This document shows positions 47,877 through 56,519 of a DNA stretch of 64,000 nucleotides, in pieces. The position numbers were made by a program, and so were the translations under genes. The first letter of the stretch is position 1. Every line of letters begins with the position of its first letter. Under the pieces are notes generated by a model, which saw only the letters and a list, made by a program, of their open reading frames with translations, did not search any database and had not been told where the DNA came from. This DNA is from Prochlorococcaceae cyanobacterium. Lineage in GTDB: Bacteria > Cyanobacteriota > Cyanobacteriia > PCC-6307 > Cyanobiaceae. The stretch covers positions 1,901 to 65,900 of the forward strand of contig JBILLQ010000006.1 in NCBI GenBank assembly GCA_044375975.1, read 5' to 3'.

Positions 47877-49486
47877 TGATCCCAGAAGGCGGGTGCACCA
47901 CTTTGGAACTGTCTCACCCAACCCAGCTCCAGCTCGCCGTGGCGGCCACGGGTCCAGCGCAGCAGCAGCCCGGTGGCACCGGCGCTTTCGGTGAGGGTGG
48001 CGCCAGGCACCTGGATCCACACCTTGCCGGCCCCGATGAAGGGCACCAGCTGGATGGCATCTTTGGGCGCACGCCACAGCAACCAGGCGAGCTCGGTGGC
48101 GCCCAGCAGGCCACTGTCGCCGCTCACCACCTGCCCTGGTAGACCCCTCAGGCCGCTGTCGCTGCCGAGGCTGAAGCCCATCGGATTGGTGAGGGGAGTC
48201 ACGGCAAGCTGGCCGGCGGCCCGCAGGTTCAGCTGCCAGCGCGGCGCCAACAGCCAGGAGCTGGTTAGTTGGGCGCCAACAGCCCGCGATTGGCTGGGCA
48301 CGATGCCGAGGAAGTCGAGCTCCTGCCTTTGCTCTGTTGTGCTCAAGGCACCGATGCCTTGCAGGCCGTAGAGGTTTGCGTTCAGGGCCAGCGGGCCCGC
48401 CACCCTTTCGTACCCCAGGCCGATGCGGGCGAAGCCGGTGCGCAGCCAGCCTTGATCGCCACCACCCACGATGGCGGGAAAGCTCTCAGCGCCCAAGAAG
48501 GCGTCATTGCGATTGACGCTGATGCCGGCAAAGACAGACCAGCGCTCGCGCAGCGATTCGCGCAGGGTTAAATCCAGCTGGCTGAACAGCTGCAGTTGGC
48601 GAAAGCTGAGTTCGTGCAGGGGCGGCAGTGCCTCCACCAGCTTGCGGCGGCTGGCCCCGAAGGCGGTGGTGAGGCTGAGGTTGTCGAGCAGGGGCAGGGT
48701 GTAGCTGAGCGACCCATTCAGGGAACCGATCTCAGGATCGGAATCCGTGTTGATTTCGCCGAACAGCAACAGGCTGTCGCCGTTGAGCAGGGCGTTTTCC
48801 TTGAACAGGGTGCCAAGGCCCCGGAACTGGCCGCTGCCACCGTTGCCGTCATTGCGCAGGGCCAGTTCGCCCCGCAGGGGCTGGGAGCCTGGCTCGGCGG
48901 TGACCAGCAGCAGGGCCCGGCTGGAATCCTCGCCGATGCGGTTGAGGTTGATTTTCAGTAGCCCCACGCCGGGAAGCTGCTGGATCTGGTTGATGGTGGC
49001 GGTGATCGTCGGCAAGTGCAGCACGCTGCCCTGGCTTGGCGCCAGCAGTCGCCGCAGCCGCCGCTGCAGGCGTTTGCTGGAGCTCACCACCTGGATCGTC
49101 TCGATCCTGCCGGCCACTACCTCCAGTTCGCCTGGCGGGGGGATTGGTTGGGGTATGACGCGGCTGTTGATGTAGCCATCGGCAAACAGCTTGGAGCGGA
49201 GGGCAGCGGCGCAATTGTTGAGGCCTGCCGCTGGATCGCTGTTGGCCAGGCAGTTCCCCAAGATGCGGGAGAGTTGAGCGGGGCTGTAGGGGTTAAAGCC
49301 CCGCAGCTGAGGCACAGCGGCAGTGGTGCCAGGCGCAGCCGGGAAGGGGGCGTCAAACGGAGCGTTAAGGGGCTTGGTGCGCGGTTGCGGCGGTGCGGGA
49401 ATGGTTTGCTGTTGCCCTGCCCCCGGCAATCGCACCGGACCCGGCTGCAGTGGAGGCGATACCAATTGGGCCAGCAAGGGCAACAT
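47828..49486 (-). CDS. ShlB/FhaC/HecB-family two-partner-secretion transporter (TpsB; POTRA + beta-barrel)
   Basis: 552 aa. The POTRA-like region is ..LRSKLFADGYINSRVIPQPIPPPGELEVVAGRIETIQV... The C-terminus is an aromatic-ended barrel (..YTKVVYRF). Confidence 0.85.
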   Translation of the reverse strand: MLPLLAQLVSPPLQPGPVRLPGAGQQQTIPAPPQPRTKPLNAPFDAPFPAAPGTTAAVPQLRGFNPYSPAQLSRILGNCLANSDPAAGLNNCAAALRSKLFADGYINSRVIPQPIPPPGELEVVAGRIETIQVVSSSKRLQRRLRRLLAPSQGSVLHLPTITATINQIQQLPGVGLLKINLNRIGEDSSRALLLVTAEPGSQPLRGELALRNDGNGGSGQFRGLGTLFKENALLNGDSLLLFGEINTDSDPEIGSLNGSLSYTLPLLDNLSLTTAFGASRRKLVEALPPLHELSFRQLQLFSQLDLTLRESLRERWSVFAGISVNRNDAFLGAESFPAIVGGGDQGWLRTGFARIGLGYERVAGPLALNANLYGLQGIGALSTTEQRQELDFLGIVPSQSRAVGAQLTSSWLLAPRWQLNLRAAGQLAVTPLTNPMGFSLGSDSGLRGLPGQVVSGDSGLLGATELAWLLWRAPKDAIQLVPFIGAGKVWIQVPGATLTESAGATGLLLRWTRGRHGELELGWVRQFQSGAPAFWDQWILGSGLYTKVVYRF

Positions 49487-49498
49487 GCGTTAAAAAAT

Positions 49499-49602
49499 CA
49501 GCAGGTACGGGCAGCTGATAAAGGCAGTGGGTACAGGCAGCAGATAAAGCCAGCTGATAAAGCCAGCAAGTAAAGCTAGCAGGTAAAGGCAGTGGGATTT
49601 GT
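49499..49602. repeat. 13-bp x8 tandem array filling the tpsA-tpsB intergenic spacer
   Basis: Units are cagcaggtacggg / cagctgataaagg / cagtgggtacagg / cagcagataaagc / cagctgataaagc / cagcaagtaaagc / tagcaggtaaagg / cagtgggatttgt (plus strand). Confidence 0.85.
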
Positions 49603-52600
49603 TACCAGGGACTGCCGGTGAGAATCATGCCTGCCCAATAGTATGGATGGCTGAGGCCTTGGGAGAATAGGGTCTGTTCTTCTCGTGAGAGACCTCTCAC
49701 CAAGGTGGATTTCGACTGGCCCGTCAGCTGGTTTGGCCCCACCAGGCGATCCCCCACGAGCTTCACCTCTCCGTGTAGGAAGGCTTGCCGGGTGGCCTGG
49801 AGTGCCTGATCCTTGGCCAGGCCCCACTTGAGGTAGCGATAGAGCTGGATGTAGAAGGCGGCAGTGGCGGTGTCGTCCACCTCCCAGAGGCTGCCGAGGC
49901 CGCTGCGGGCGCCGGCCTGGAGGGCCATGCCAACGAAACCGAGTTCGCTCTGTTCATCCCCCAGGGCGGTGAGGCAGGCGCTGAGGGTGATTAGTTCCAG
50001 GGGATTGCCGCTGCTGCGGGAGCGCAGGCGGCGGCCCAGCTCCGCCAGGCTCAGGGCCTCTGTTGGGGTGTACAGCAAGCCGGTGCTGGCTTGGCCGGGC
50101 ATGAAGCTCACATGGGTGGCGATATGCAGCTGCCCCACCTGGCTGGCCAGGGCTTTGTCCATCAGGGCTGCGGGGGTGAAGGCTTCATTTAGCAGTAACT
50201 GGGAGGGGTTTTCCTGGCCCAGGGCCTGCAGCTCCTGGCGCACCATGGGCAGGGGCGCCAGGCCGTTGCTGAATTGGCTGGCCCCCGCCAACAGCATCTG
50301 GCTATTTTTGCTTGGCTGGCCATTGCTTGGCTGACCATTGCTTGGCTGGCCATTGCTTGGCTGACCAGGATTGAGCTGCTGGTTCTTCTGGCCAGGATCC
50401 AGATCAATCAGCCCCAGTGAAGGTGTAATGGTGATGGCATAGAGATCGCCCAGCAGGGCATCACGGCCCTGCACTTGCACTGGCAAGGCGCCATAGGGGA
50501 TGGCCTGCAGCCCCCGATCCACCTCCAGCAACAGGGCCGTGATGCCCTGCTGGCGCAGGCTGGGCAAGAGCGGCTCGATCAGGGCCCGGGTGAGCTGCTG
50601 AGCTGGATCCTTGGCTCTGTCTGGCAGTGCTGAACGGCGGCTGAGCTGGCGCTGGATGCCGCTGATCCAAGCATCAAGATCGGCCCGGGCCACTTCGCTG
50701 CTTCTGCTGATCGGCTCCCCCTGGGCTGTGAGCAGAATGGCGCTGATTCGGGTCTTGCCCGAGGCTTGATCATCCCTTTGCAGGTGCAGGATGGCGGGGC
50801 TGTAGGGTTGAATTATGGAGCCTCTTAAGCCGGCTAATTCACTGGTCTGAGCTTGCCTGATCGGAGCCAGGGGTTGGGATGAAGCCGATAGCTTGCTTGC
50901 CAGGGAAAGTCTTTGCTGCAGTTCGGCAATGCTGCGTAACTTGCCGGAGCCTGGGGTTAGGCCCAGGGCCTTGGCTGTCTCAATCATGGAGCGATTCTGG
51001 GACTCCATGAACTTGGAGCTGGCGGTATCCTGATTTATATTGATGGATACTGATTGGGAGTTAAGAGAAGATAAAAGGGAGTTTTGTTGGCTTTGATTTG
51101 TTGGTATGAATTGTGTTGCGGAAAGGTTTTGATTTTTATCGGCGACTTTAGCTATGCTGGTAATTTGATACGAATTTTCCATGCTTGCGAGTTGACGGAT
51201 AACGTCTTTTTCCGCAATCTCTTTCAATGCTTCTATAGAGAAAAAGGTGTCTGCGTTTTTAAGCGGCTGGGGCCCGAAAAAACTTTTTTCGTCAAGAATA
51301 TAATTATTATTGGCTGCAAATAAATTGATTCCGCTATATTCTATGGATATGGAGGCGGGAGCCTTGGCGTAGTCTGCTCGCAAGGTGCTATCTCGAATAA
51401 TCAGTGAATTAGCGAAGGTGTTTATGCCAATTAGCGGATATGCGCAAGCACTGCAAAAATCTGAAATATCTGCATCGTTAAGATTGTCAGCGAGAATAAA
51501 AGTATGATCAACTAAGATATTTCCACTTGTTCCAAGGTATATTAAGCCTGCCTGAGACTCTTTATTCGAGATGTCTAGTGGCTTCCCTGCCATGGCTTCG
51601 AGAGATGAATGCCGTAGTTCAATACCAGATTGACTATCAGATATTAATGCAATTGAACCAGATATATTTTCATGGGGAGGATCGCCACTTGAGACACTTA
51701 AGCCAGAGTTTTCGGTGTTAATACCGCCTTTGGAGAAGATATTAATTTCACCTCCGGTTCCAGCAGCATTTGTGATTGAAAAGCTTTGTAGACTCCCGTA
51801 TCGGCCACTCAGATTATTCTGGTTTAAGCTAAGCAGAGGGCTTTCCAAGCCGCCCCCTGCCGTAGAAGAACGAGCCAAAAGGCTTGAATTTTCATTGATA
51901 TGGATTGATTTTGATTCATCACTGCTATAGAGGCTAATTTTTCCACCATAAAATACAAGAGGAAAGGCAAAGTCTTCGTACATTACTGTCTTTTCGCCAT
52001 TGATAATCGGAAAGCGATTCGTTGAGACATCAAATATGCTAGCTTTAATGGCTATACCGCCAGCACTAGTTAAGGTAATCCGTCCATCTCCTGCACCGTA
52101 TCTAGAAAAAAGACTTGAGTTTTCAACGTTTATGCCACCTAGTTGTTCTTTTCCATCGGCTTGTAAATAAATTTGACCAGCCATCGTGCTGCTTGAGTCG
52201 GTGGATACAGTGCTAGAATCTAAAGAAATCTTACCCTTCGCTTTCACGTATACAAAACCACTTCGATCAGCTATTATGAACATATCCAAGCCCTCTCCAA
52301 GGGAATTATTATTAAGAGATGTCGCAACGTTCAAAGAAGCATTGATTTGAGAATTATTTGAAATATAGACATCTTGATTTGAAAATAGCCCAATTCTAGG
52401 ATAGGTTATTCGTATGGATTCGAACTCTGCTGGATCACTTTTGAGGGCTGGCGCACTAAGATCTGCAAGGCTATAAGCGGAAACATCTAGAACGGAATTA
52501 GATATTGAGATGCCTTTGCCTGGGCCGGATAAATTATTAGCAGCGAGTTGAATCCATCCCTTAGGCGCTTCAAGTCTACTTTTATCCAAGGAAATATTGC

Positions 52601-53462
52601 CGGAGGATAGTAGTATCTGCTGACCTTTCAATAGGCTACTGTCAAGATGAATAGATCCTTTTTGTGCTGCATCTTGGTTGGCTGAACTGCGCACATCAAT
52701 TAAGCCCCACTGGCCTGGTTGCCCGGCAGTGATGGCGACATCATTGAGATCAACTTGATGGCCAGCGAGCCAAATGCTGCTACCCGCGTAGAGTTTGGTT
52801 CCGTGTCCTGAAACAGTAAGTAGATTGCCACCCGTAGCATTCAACAGCAGGTTACGGTCAACAGAGATCAGTCCACCCTCCAACACGATGGATCCGCTGC
52901 CCATCAAGCCCAGGCTATAAGGGTTGCCATCTGGGGTGCTGAGCTCACTGAAATTAAGATTTGGCCCTTGGTTAAGTAAATGTACATCTCCCTTTCTTGT
53001 GCCTAATACATCAAAGTAATTGCGGCCTAGCTGCATGCCAAGTGCCGTAGTTAAAAGTAGACTTTGTACATTGGTTATTTTCGCCCCAGAGCCCATCCAG
53101 ATGCCGCCTGGAGATAGCAAGAACAAATTGGCTGGGGATGACAGCGAGAGAGGCTTATTGAGGTAAGTGCCAGAGCCATTGGTAACCCCTATGATTACAT
53201 TACCAAGCCCTTGGGTGTTAAGTCTGATGTCACTGATTCTTTCGCGTGTATCAAAAGAACTAAGTCGATGTAGCAGGTTTGATCCCGACTTACTTCCTCC
53301 ACTGATGGCGCAACTTCCTGCGGTACAGCTACCAAAAGCGCTTCCATTCACCCTTGTCCCCAAGCCGCCGGCGGTAACCTGTGCGGCGGCTGTATTCGAT
53401 AGCAGGAGAGGATAAAATCCAAAAATATACAGCGAAAAGCAAGCTAATTTTAAGTATTTCAT
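49602..53462 (-). CDS. Two-partner-secretion passenger: TPS (haemagglutinin-activity) domain + beta-helix repeats + C-terminal CHAT caspase-like protease
   Basis: Signal peptide MKYLKLACFSLYIFGFYPLLLSNTAAA. TPS motifs are GSNLLHRLSSFD, NVIIGVTNGSG and ANLFLLSPGGIWMG. The CHAT end has LHIATHVSF (His1117), ITLSACLTA (Cys1163) and HPYYWAGMILTGSPW. Confidence 0.9.
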   Translation of the reverse strand: MKYLKLACFSLYIFGFYPLLLSNTAAAQVTAGGLGTRVNGSAFGSCTAGSCAISGGSKSGSNLLHRLSSFDTRERISDIRLNTQGLGNVIIGVTNGSGTYLNKPLSLSSPANLFLLSPGGIWMGSGAKITNVQSLLLTTALGMQLGRNYFDVLGTRKGDVHLLNQGPNLNFSELSTPDGNPYSLGLMGSGSIVLEGGLISVDRNLLLNATGGNLLTVSGHGTKLYAGSSIWLAGHQVDLNDVAITAGQPGQWGLIDVRSSANQDAAQKGSIHLDSSLLKGQQILLSSGNISLDKSRLEAPKGWIQLAANNLSGPGKGISISNSVLDVSAYSLADLSAPALKSDPAEFESIRITYPRIGLFSNQDVYISNNSQINASLNVATSLNNNSLGEGLDMFIIADRSGFVYVKAKGKISLDSSTVSTDSSSTMAGQIYLQADGKEQLGGINVENSSLFSRYGAGDGRITLTSAGGIAIKASIFDVSTNRFPIINGEKTVMYEDFAFPLVFYGGKISLYSSDESKSIHINENSSLLARSSTAGGGLESPLLSLNQNNLSGRYGSLQSFSITNAAGTGGEINIFSKGGINTENSGLSVSSGDPPHENISGSIALISDSQSGIELRHSSLEAMAGKPLDISNKESQAGLIYLGTSGNILVDHTFILADNLNDADISDFCSACAYPLIGINTFANSLIIRDSTLRADYAKAPASISIEYSGINLFAANNNYILDEKSFFGPQPLKNADTFFSIEALKEIAEKDVIRQLASMENSYQITSIAKVADKNQNLSATQFIPTNQSQQNSLLSSLNSQSVSININQDTASSKFMESQNRSMIETAKALGLTPGSGKLRSIAELQQRLSLASKLSASSQPLAPIRQAQTSELAGLRGSIIQPYSPAILHLQRDDQASGKTRISAILLTAQGEPISRSSEVARADLDAWISGIQRQLSRRSALPDRAKDPAQQLTRALIEPLLPSLRQQGITALLLEVDRGLQAIPYGALPVQVQGRDALLGDLYAITITPSLGLIDLDPGQKNQQLNPGQPSNGQPSNGQPSNGQPSKNSQMLLAGASQFSNGLAPLPMVRQELQALGQENPSQLLLNEAFTPAALMDKALASQVGQLHIATHVSFMPGQASTGLLYTPTEALSLAELGRRLRSRSSGNPLELITLSACLTALGDEQSELGFVGMALQAGARSGLGSLWEVDDTATAAFYIQLYRYLKWGLAKDQALQATRQAFLHGEVKLVGDRLVGPNQLTGQSKSTLVRGLSREEQTLFSQGLSHPYYWAGMILTGSPW
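50308..50367. repeat. In-frame 15-bp x4 repeat (QPSNG)4 inside the CHAT-protein gene
   Basis: ttgcttggctggcca / ttgcttggctgacca alternate four times. Confidence 0.85.
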
Positions 53463-53903
53463 GCTTGGTGTATCGGAGTAGATGTCAATTTTAAATCAGA
53501 ACGATTAGAATGTCAAGTTTCTCGTCTGATCGCAGATCTGTTGTGCGAGCGGAGGCTTTTGTGTCGCCCTAAGGACTTATAGCCGCCTAAAAGTCTGATC
53601 ATGCCAATCCTACGGCGTTGATCGAGCCTCCCGGGGCCATTATTCCACTGATCCAGGGAGTTCAGGCTATCCAGCAATCGGCACCCACCTCACCCCCCGG
53701 TGCTTACGGCCCCTGCAAGCTAAAGCCATCAACCTTGTGGCTGCCAATCAGTTGGCCTTACCTCAGGCTAACAACAACGCTGATCGGTAGCGGGTTGGGC
53801 CAGTTACCCACGGAGATCTTGCTGTGAAGAATTGCAACAAAGCGACAGGGTGCTGCCCATCCTTTAAGTAGTTTTACTTTGCTACAATAACTTGCCTATC
53901 TAA

Positions 53904-54146
53904 ATGAAGAGAGTTACTTCTGGATTGACAAATCTAAGCAAAATTAGTTTATTTTTCGTGTTATTGCTGATGATTGTTCTTTCAATAGCGTCTCCGGTTT
54001 TTGCGCAAGAATCTAATTCCGAAGCCGTTCCGATATGCGTAAAGGGTTTATCATGTCCAGATTATGAAAAAAGCAAGCCTTGTAATAATTGTTCCTATTG
54101 TAAGTGGAATTTTTTTCAACGTAAATGTATGAATAGATTACAGTGA
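53904..54146 (+). CDS. Small secreted cysteine-rich peptide (46-aa mature, 6 Cys)
   Basis: Canonical signal peptide MKRVTSGLTNLSKISLFFVLLLMIVLSIASPVFA|QES. The mature Cys pattern is C-x5-C-x8-C-x2-C-x2-C-x8-C. An 80-codon ORF in a very AT-rich stretch is unlikely by chance. Confidence 0.65.
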   Translation: MKRVTSGLTNLSKISLFFVLLLMIVLSIASPVFAQESNSEAVPICVKGLSCPDYEKSKPCNNCSYCKWNFFQRKCMNRLQ

Positions 54147-54575
54147 TTGCACAGATCATTCCGTCATGCTGCTCGCATTTTAGGGGTGCAGAGCTGGGAA
54201 AGTTTTTAGGCTATTTTAGGGAGAATCTGGAGAACTCAAGCTATCATCAATAGAGCTCTGATGCTAAGGTGACTCCCAGCCAACTTTAGTTGACAATTTG
54301 CTAGTTTTTCAGGATTTTCTTAGTTAAAATCGCTCTTTCTGGGAGATGTAGTTTTGTGGTTAGTCAATAAATTTGTATTAATAATTAAGCGCTGATAGAG
54401 GCTGTAGACGTGTAGACTTAAGGGTTAATAAATATTTTTGTCTGAATGTCGCGAAATGATATGATCTCCGGGGGCACAGTGGTGCGTTGCCTGGTGCCCC
54501 TACGCACTTGCGATTGCCATGAAGATGACCACGCTGCTGCCGGTTGGCCAGCCTTGGGCATGTCTGATAGGTGCT

Positions 54576-54863
54576 TCAAGCCATACCCTTCGTTGTAAAC
54601 GTGCCATCACTGTTGTAAGTGACCATGATGCTCGACAGTCCGGAGGTGAAATCGCACTCGGCACTGATGCTGGTGTCATATCCCACTAAGTAGCCGGGAG
54701 GATAATAGCCTACCTTGATGTAGTATATTGACTGCGGCGCACAAGATAGCATCTGGTTAGGGGGCGGAGCCACATAGCTTGACAGCACGATTTTGCCATC
54801 GTCCATTATCACAGCAACGCCGCAATAAAGATTCGGTGGCTGGATCTCACTATAGATCGGCAC
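54576..54863 (-). CDS. Hypothetical beta-rich protein or C-terminal fragment (GTG start; frame open upstream to 54960)
   Basis: 95 aa with 4 Cys and Tyr/Pro/Gly-rich strands. The same frame is open upstream (..SGSINPPGGENGRDGEASSFLAEGGDGTFVIQ) without an ATG. A homopolymer (8 nt) lies at 54885-54892. Confidence 0.4.
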   Translation of the reverse strand: MPIYSEIQPPNLYCGVAVIMDDGKIVLSSYVAPPPNQMLSCAPQSIYYIKVGYYPPGYLVGYDTSISAECDFTSGLSSIMVTYNSDGTFTTKGMA

Positions 54864-55020
54864 CTGAATGACGAATGTGCCGTCCCCCCCCTCTGCCAGG
54901 AAAGATGACGCCTCTCCATCCCGACCATTTTCACCACCAGGGGGGTTGATGGAGCCGGAGGGAGCTTTTCAGGGCGTCGTTACAGCGAGACCGCAAAAGC
55001 TGAGGTGAGAAGGCGGATGA

Positions 55021-55047
55021 GCCCGCGCCAAGAAACCTGGCGCGGGC
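55021..55047 (-). terminator. GC-rich hairpin after the 55058-56281 gene
   Basis: gcccgcgcca-agaaacc-tggcgcgggc: a 10-bp perfect stem (11 bp with G-U). The downstream tract is only moderately U-rich. Confidence 0.45.
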
Positions 55048-55057
55048 GGAATGAGCC

Positions 55058-56281
55058 TCAGGGATGGGGGAGGGAAAGGGCCCTTACTGGGCGCAAGGGT
55101 AGGTCAGCACAGCACCCAGAACCCAGGCCACCGAGGCGTTGACGTTGCCAGCCACCCGGCTCTGGGGGGGGCGAGAGGGTGATCGTGATCGTGTCGGAGC
55201 TGCCTGAATGGCTGGCCTGGGAGGAATAGGTGGATTCCGTGGCGCTGGCCAGGGGGATGCCGAGGAAGGTGACCTCGGTGGAGGTGTTTTGCTGGAGGGT
55301 GGTGAGGATGCTCTGGTAGTCAGAGCTGCTGAAATCGATGCCCTGATCAGGCGCAAACTTGAAGCCGGAGACATCGCTGCTGCCATTCTTGATGGCCTGC
55401 TGAATCGGGCCGAAGTAGGCCCAGTTCTGGTCTGTGGACATATTGAAGGGTGCAGGCCCGAAGTTCACCAAATTGCAGCCCGAGAAGGTCATTTCAATCG
55501 AGATCTGATTGGAGCTGGTCGCGATCTGATCCTGGAAGTAGCTGGCACTGCCGTCACAGCTAATACTGAAGAAGTCAAGGATCGGAATCGTGAAGCTGCC
55601 GCCACCATTGATGCTCACCTGATATTCGCTCTGGCTGGCGCGGCTGACCGACATCGTGATCAAGATCTGGTTGGCGCTCGGATCGTCGAGGAAATCTTTG
55701 ATCTTCGCGAGGTTGGGGCTGATTGTATAAGCGGGATAGGTGTTGTTGTTGTTGTCGTCAGCCGCCAAGCCACCATTGCCATCCGCCGGATGCTGCACGG
55801 CGCTCAGGGCCTGCTGCAGGTAGTTATTGTTCATCGTCACGGCATTCTGCAGGCTGATGCTGCTACCGATTGCGTTGAGCCAGTCCGCCAGCACCGGACG
55901 AATGGGTTGACCACTTGCCGGAGTATTGTTGAGCAGGGCATTGAGGTTAGTGGAGGCCTGCATCGCCGCGAGCGTGGTGGCTGGCTCGGCCCACTTGGTG
56001 GCAATGGTGCTGGTAATCATGTCGATCGCCGCCATGCCGGGCTGGGCGGTGGGCAGGGCGCCATAGGCCTGAACCCAGGCATCCAACAACGCAACCTGCT
56101 GGTCTTCAGCGTTTCGCTTCGCCGCCACCAATTGGGCCTGATCAGCCTTGGCGAGAGAATAGTTGACTTTGCTGAGGGCGTTAATGAACTGGTTGCTGAA
56201 CCTGGAGTGAAGGAGCAGACATGGGAATGCGTGTGGCTGTGGTGGTGATGCGGCAGCGACTTGTTGCGCCGCCTGAATCAA
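55058..56281 (-). CDS. Unknown protein: helical N-terminal half, Ser/Thr/Asn-rich beta C-terminal half; probably frameshifted at a C8 tract and 5'-truncated
   Basis: 407-aa ORF with a TTG start just after an in-frame TGA. After ..ITITLSPP the text becomes Arg/Gly junk. The -1 frame (ORF 55084-55386) ends plausibly with ..QSRVAGNVNASVAWVLGAVLTYPCAQ. The homopolymer is at 55164-55171. Confidence 0.6.
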   Translation of the reverse strand: MIQAAQQVAAASPPQPHAFPCLLLHSRFSNQFINALSKVNYSLAKADQAQLVAAKRNAEDQQVALLDAWVQAYGALPTAQPGMAAIDMITSTIATKWAEPATTLAAMQASTNLNALLNNTPASGQPIRPVLADWLNAIGSSISLQNAVTMNNNYLQQALSAVQHPADGNGGLAADDNNNNTYPAYTISPNLAKIKDFLDDPSANQILITMSVSRASQSEYQVSINGGGSFTIPILDFFSISCDGSASYFQDQIATSSNQISIEMTFSGCNLVNFGPAPFNMSTDQNWAYFGPIQQAIKNGSSDVSGFKFAPDQGIDFSSSDYQSILTTLQQNTSTEVTFLGIPLASATESTYSSQASHSGSSDTITITLSPPPEPGGWQRQRLGGLGSGCCADLPLRPVRALSLPHP

Positions 56282-56519
56282 CGATCCTTCAGCCGCTGGC
56301 GAAAGGCTGTCAGCCAGGGTTCAATGGACTGATGAGATGCTGACACCAACCTGACTACAGCCGAACGATTAACTTTCAGCTGGCTGACAGCAGGGTGGCG
56401 CCTGGCCGGGCTGGGCGTTGTGTCTCACCTGGTTCATCAGCGGAGCAGAGTGGCGAGCTGATACTGGTGTGAGCACGACTTGTCAAGCGACTGCGGGGGG
56501 TGAGATGTGACCTTTTTTT

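Noticed and set aside
53618-53827. A 69-aa plus-strand ORF in a GC-richer patch of the tpsA upstream region.
   Set aside because: It has no start context, no motifs and a Pro/Leu/Ile junk-like sequence. All minus-strand frames contain stops. It is probably a non-coding relic.
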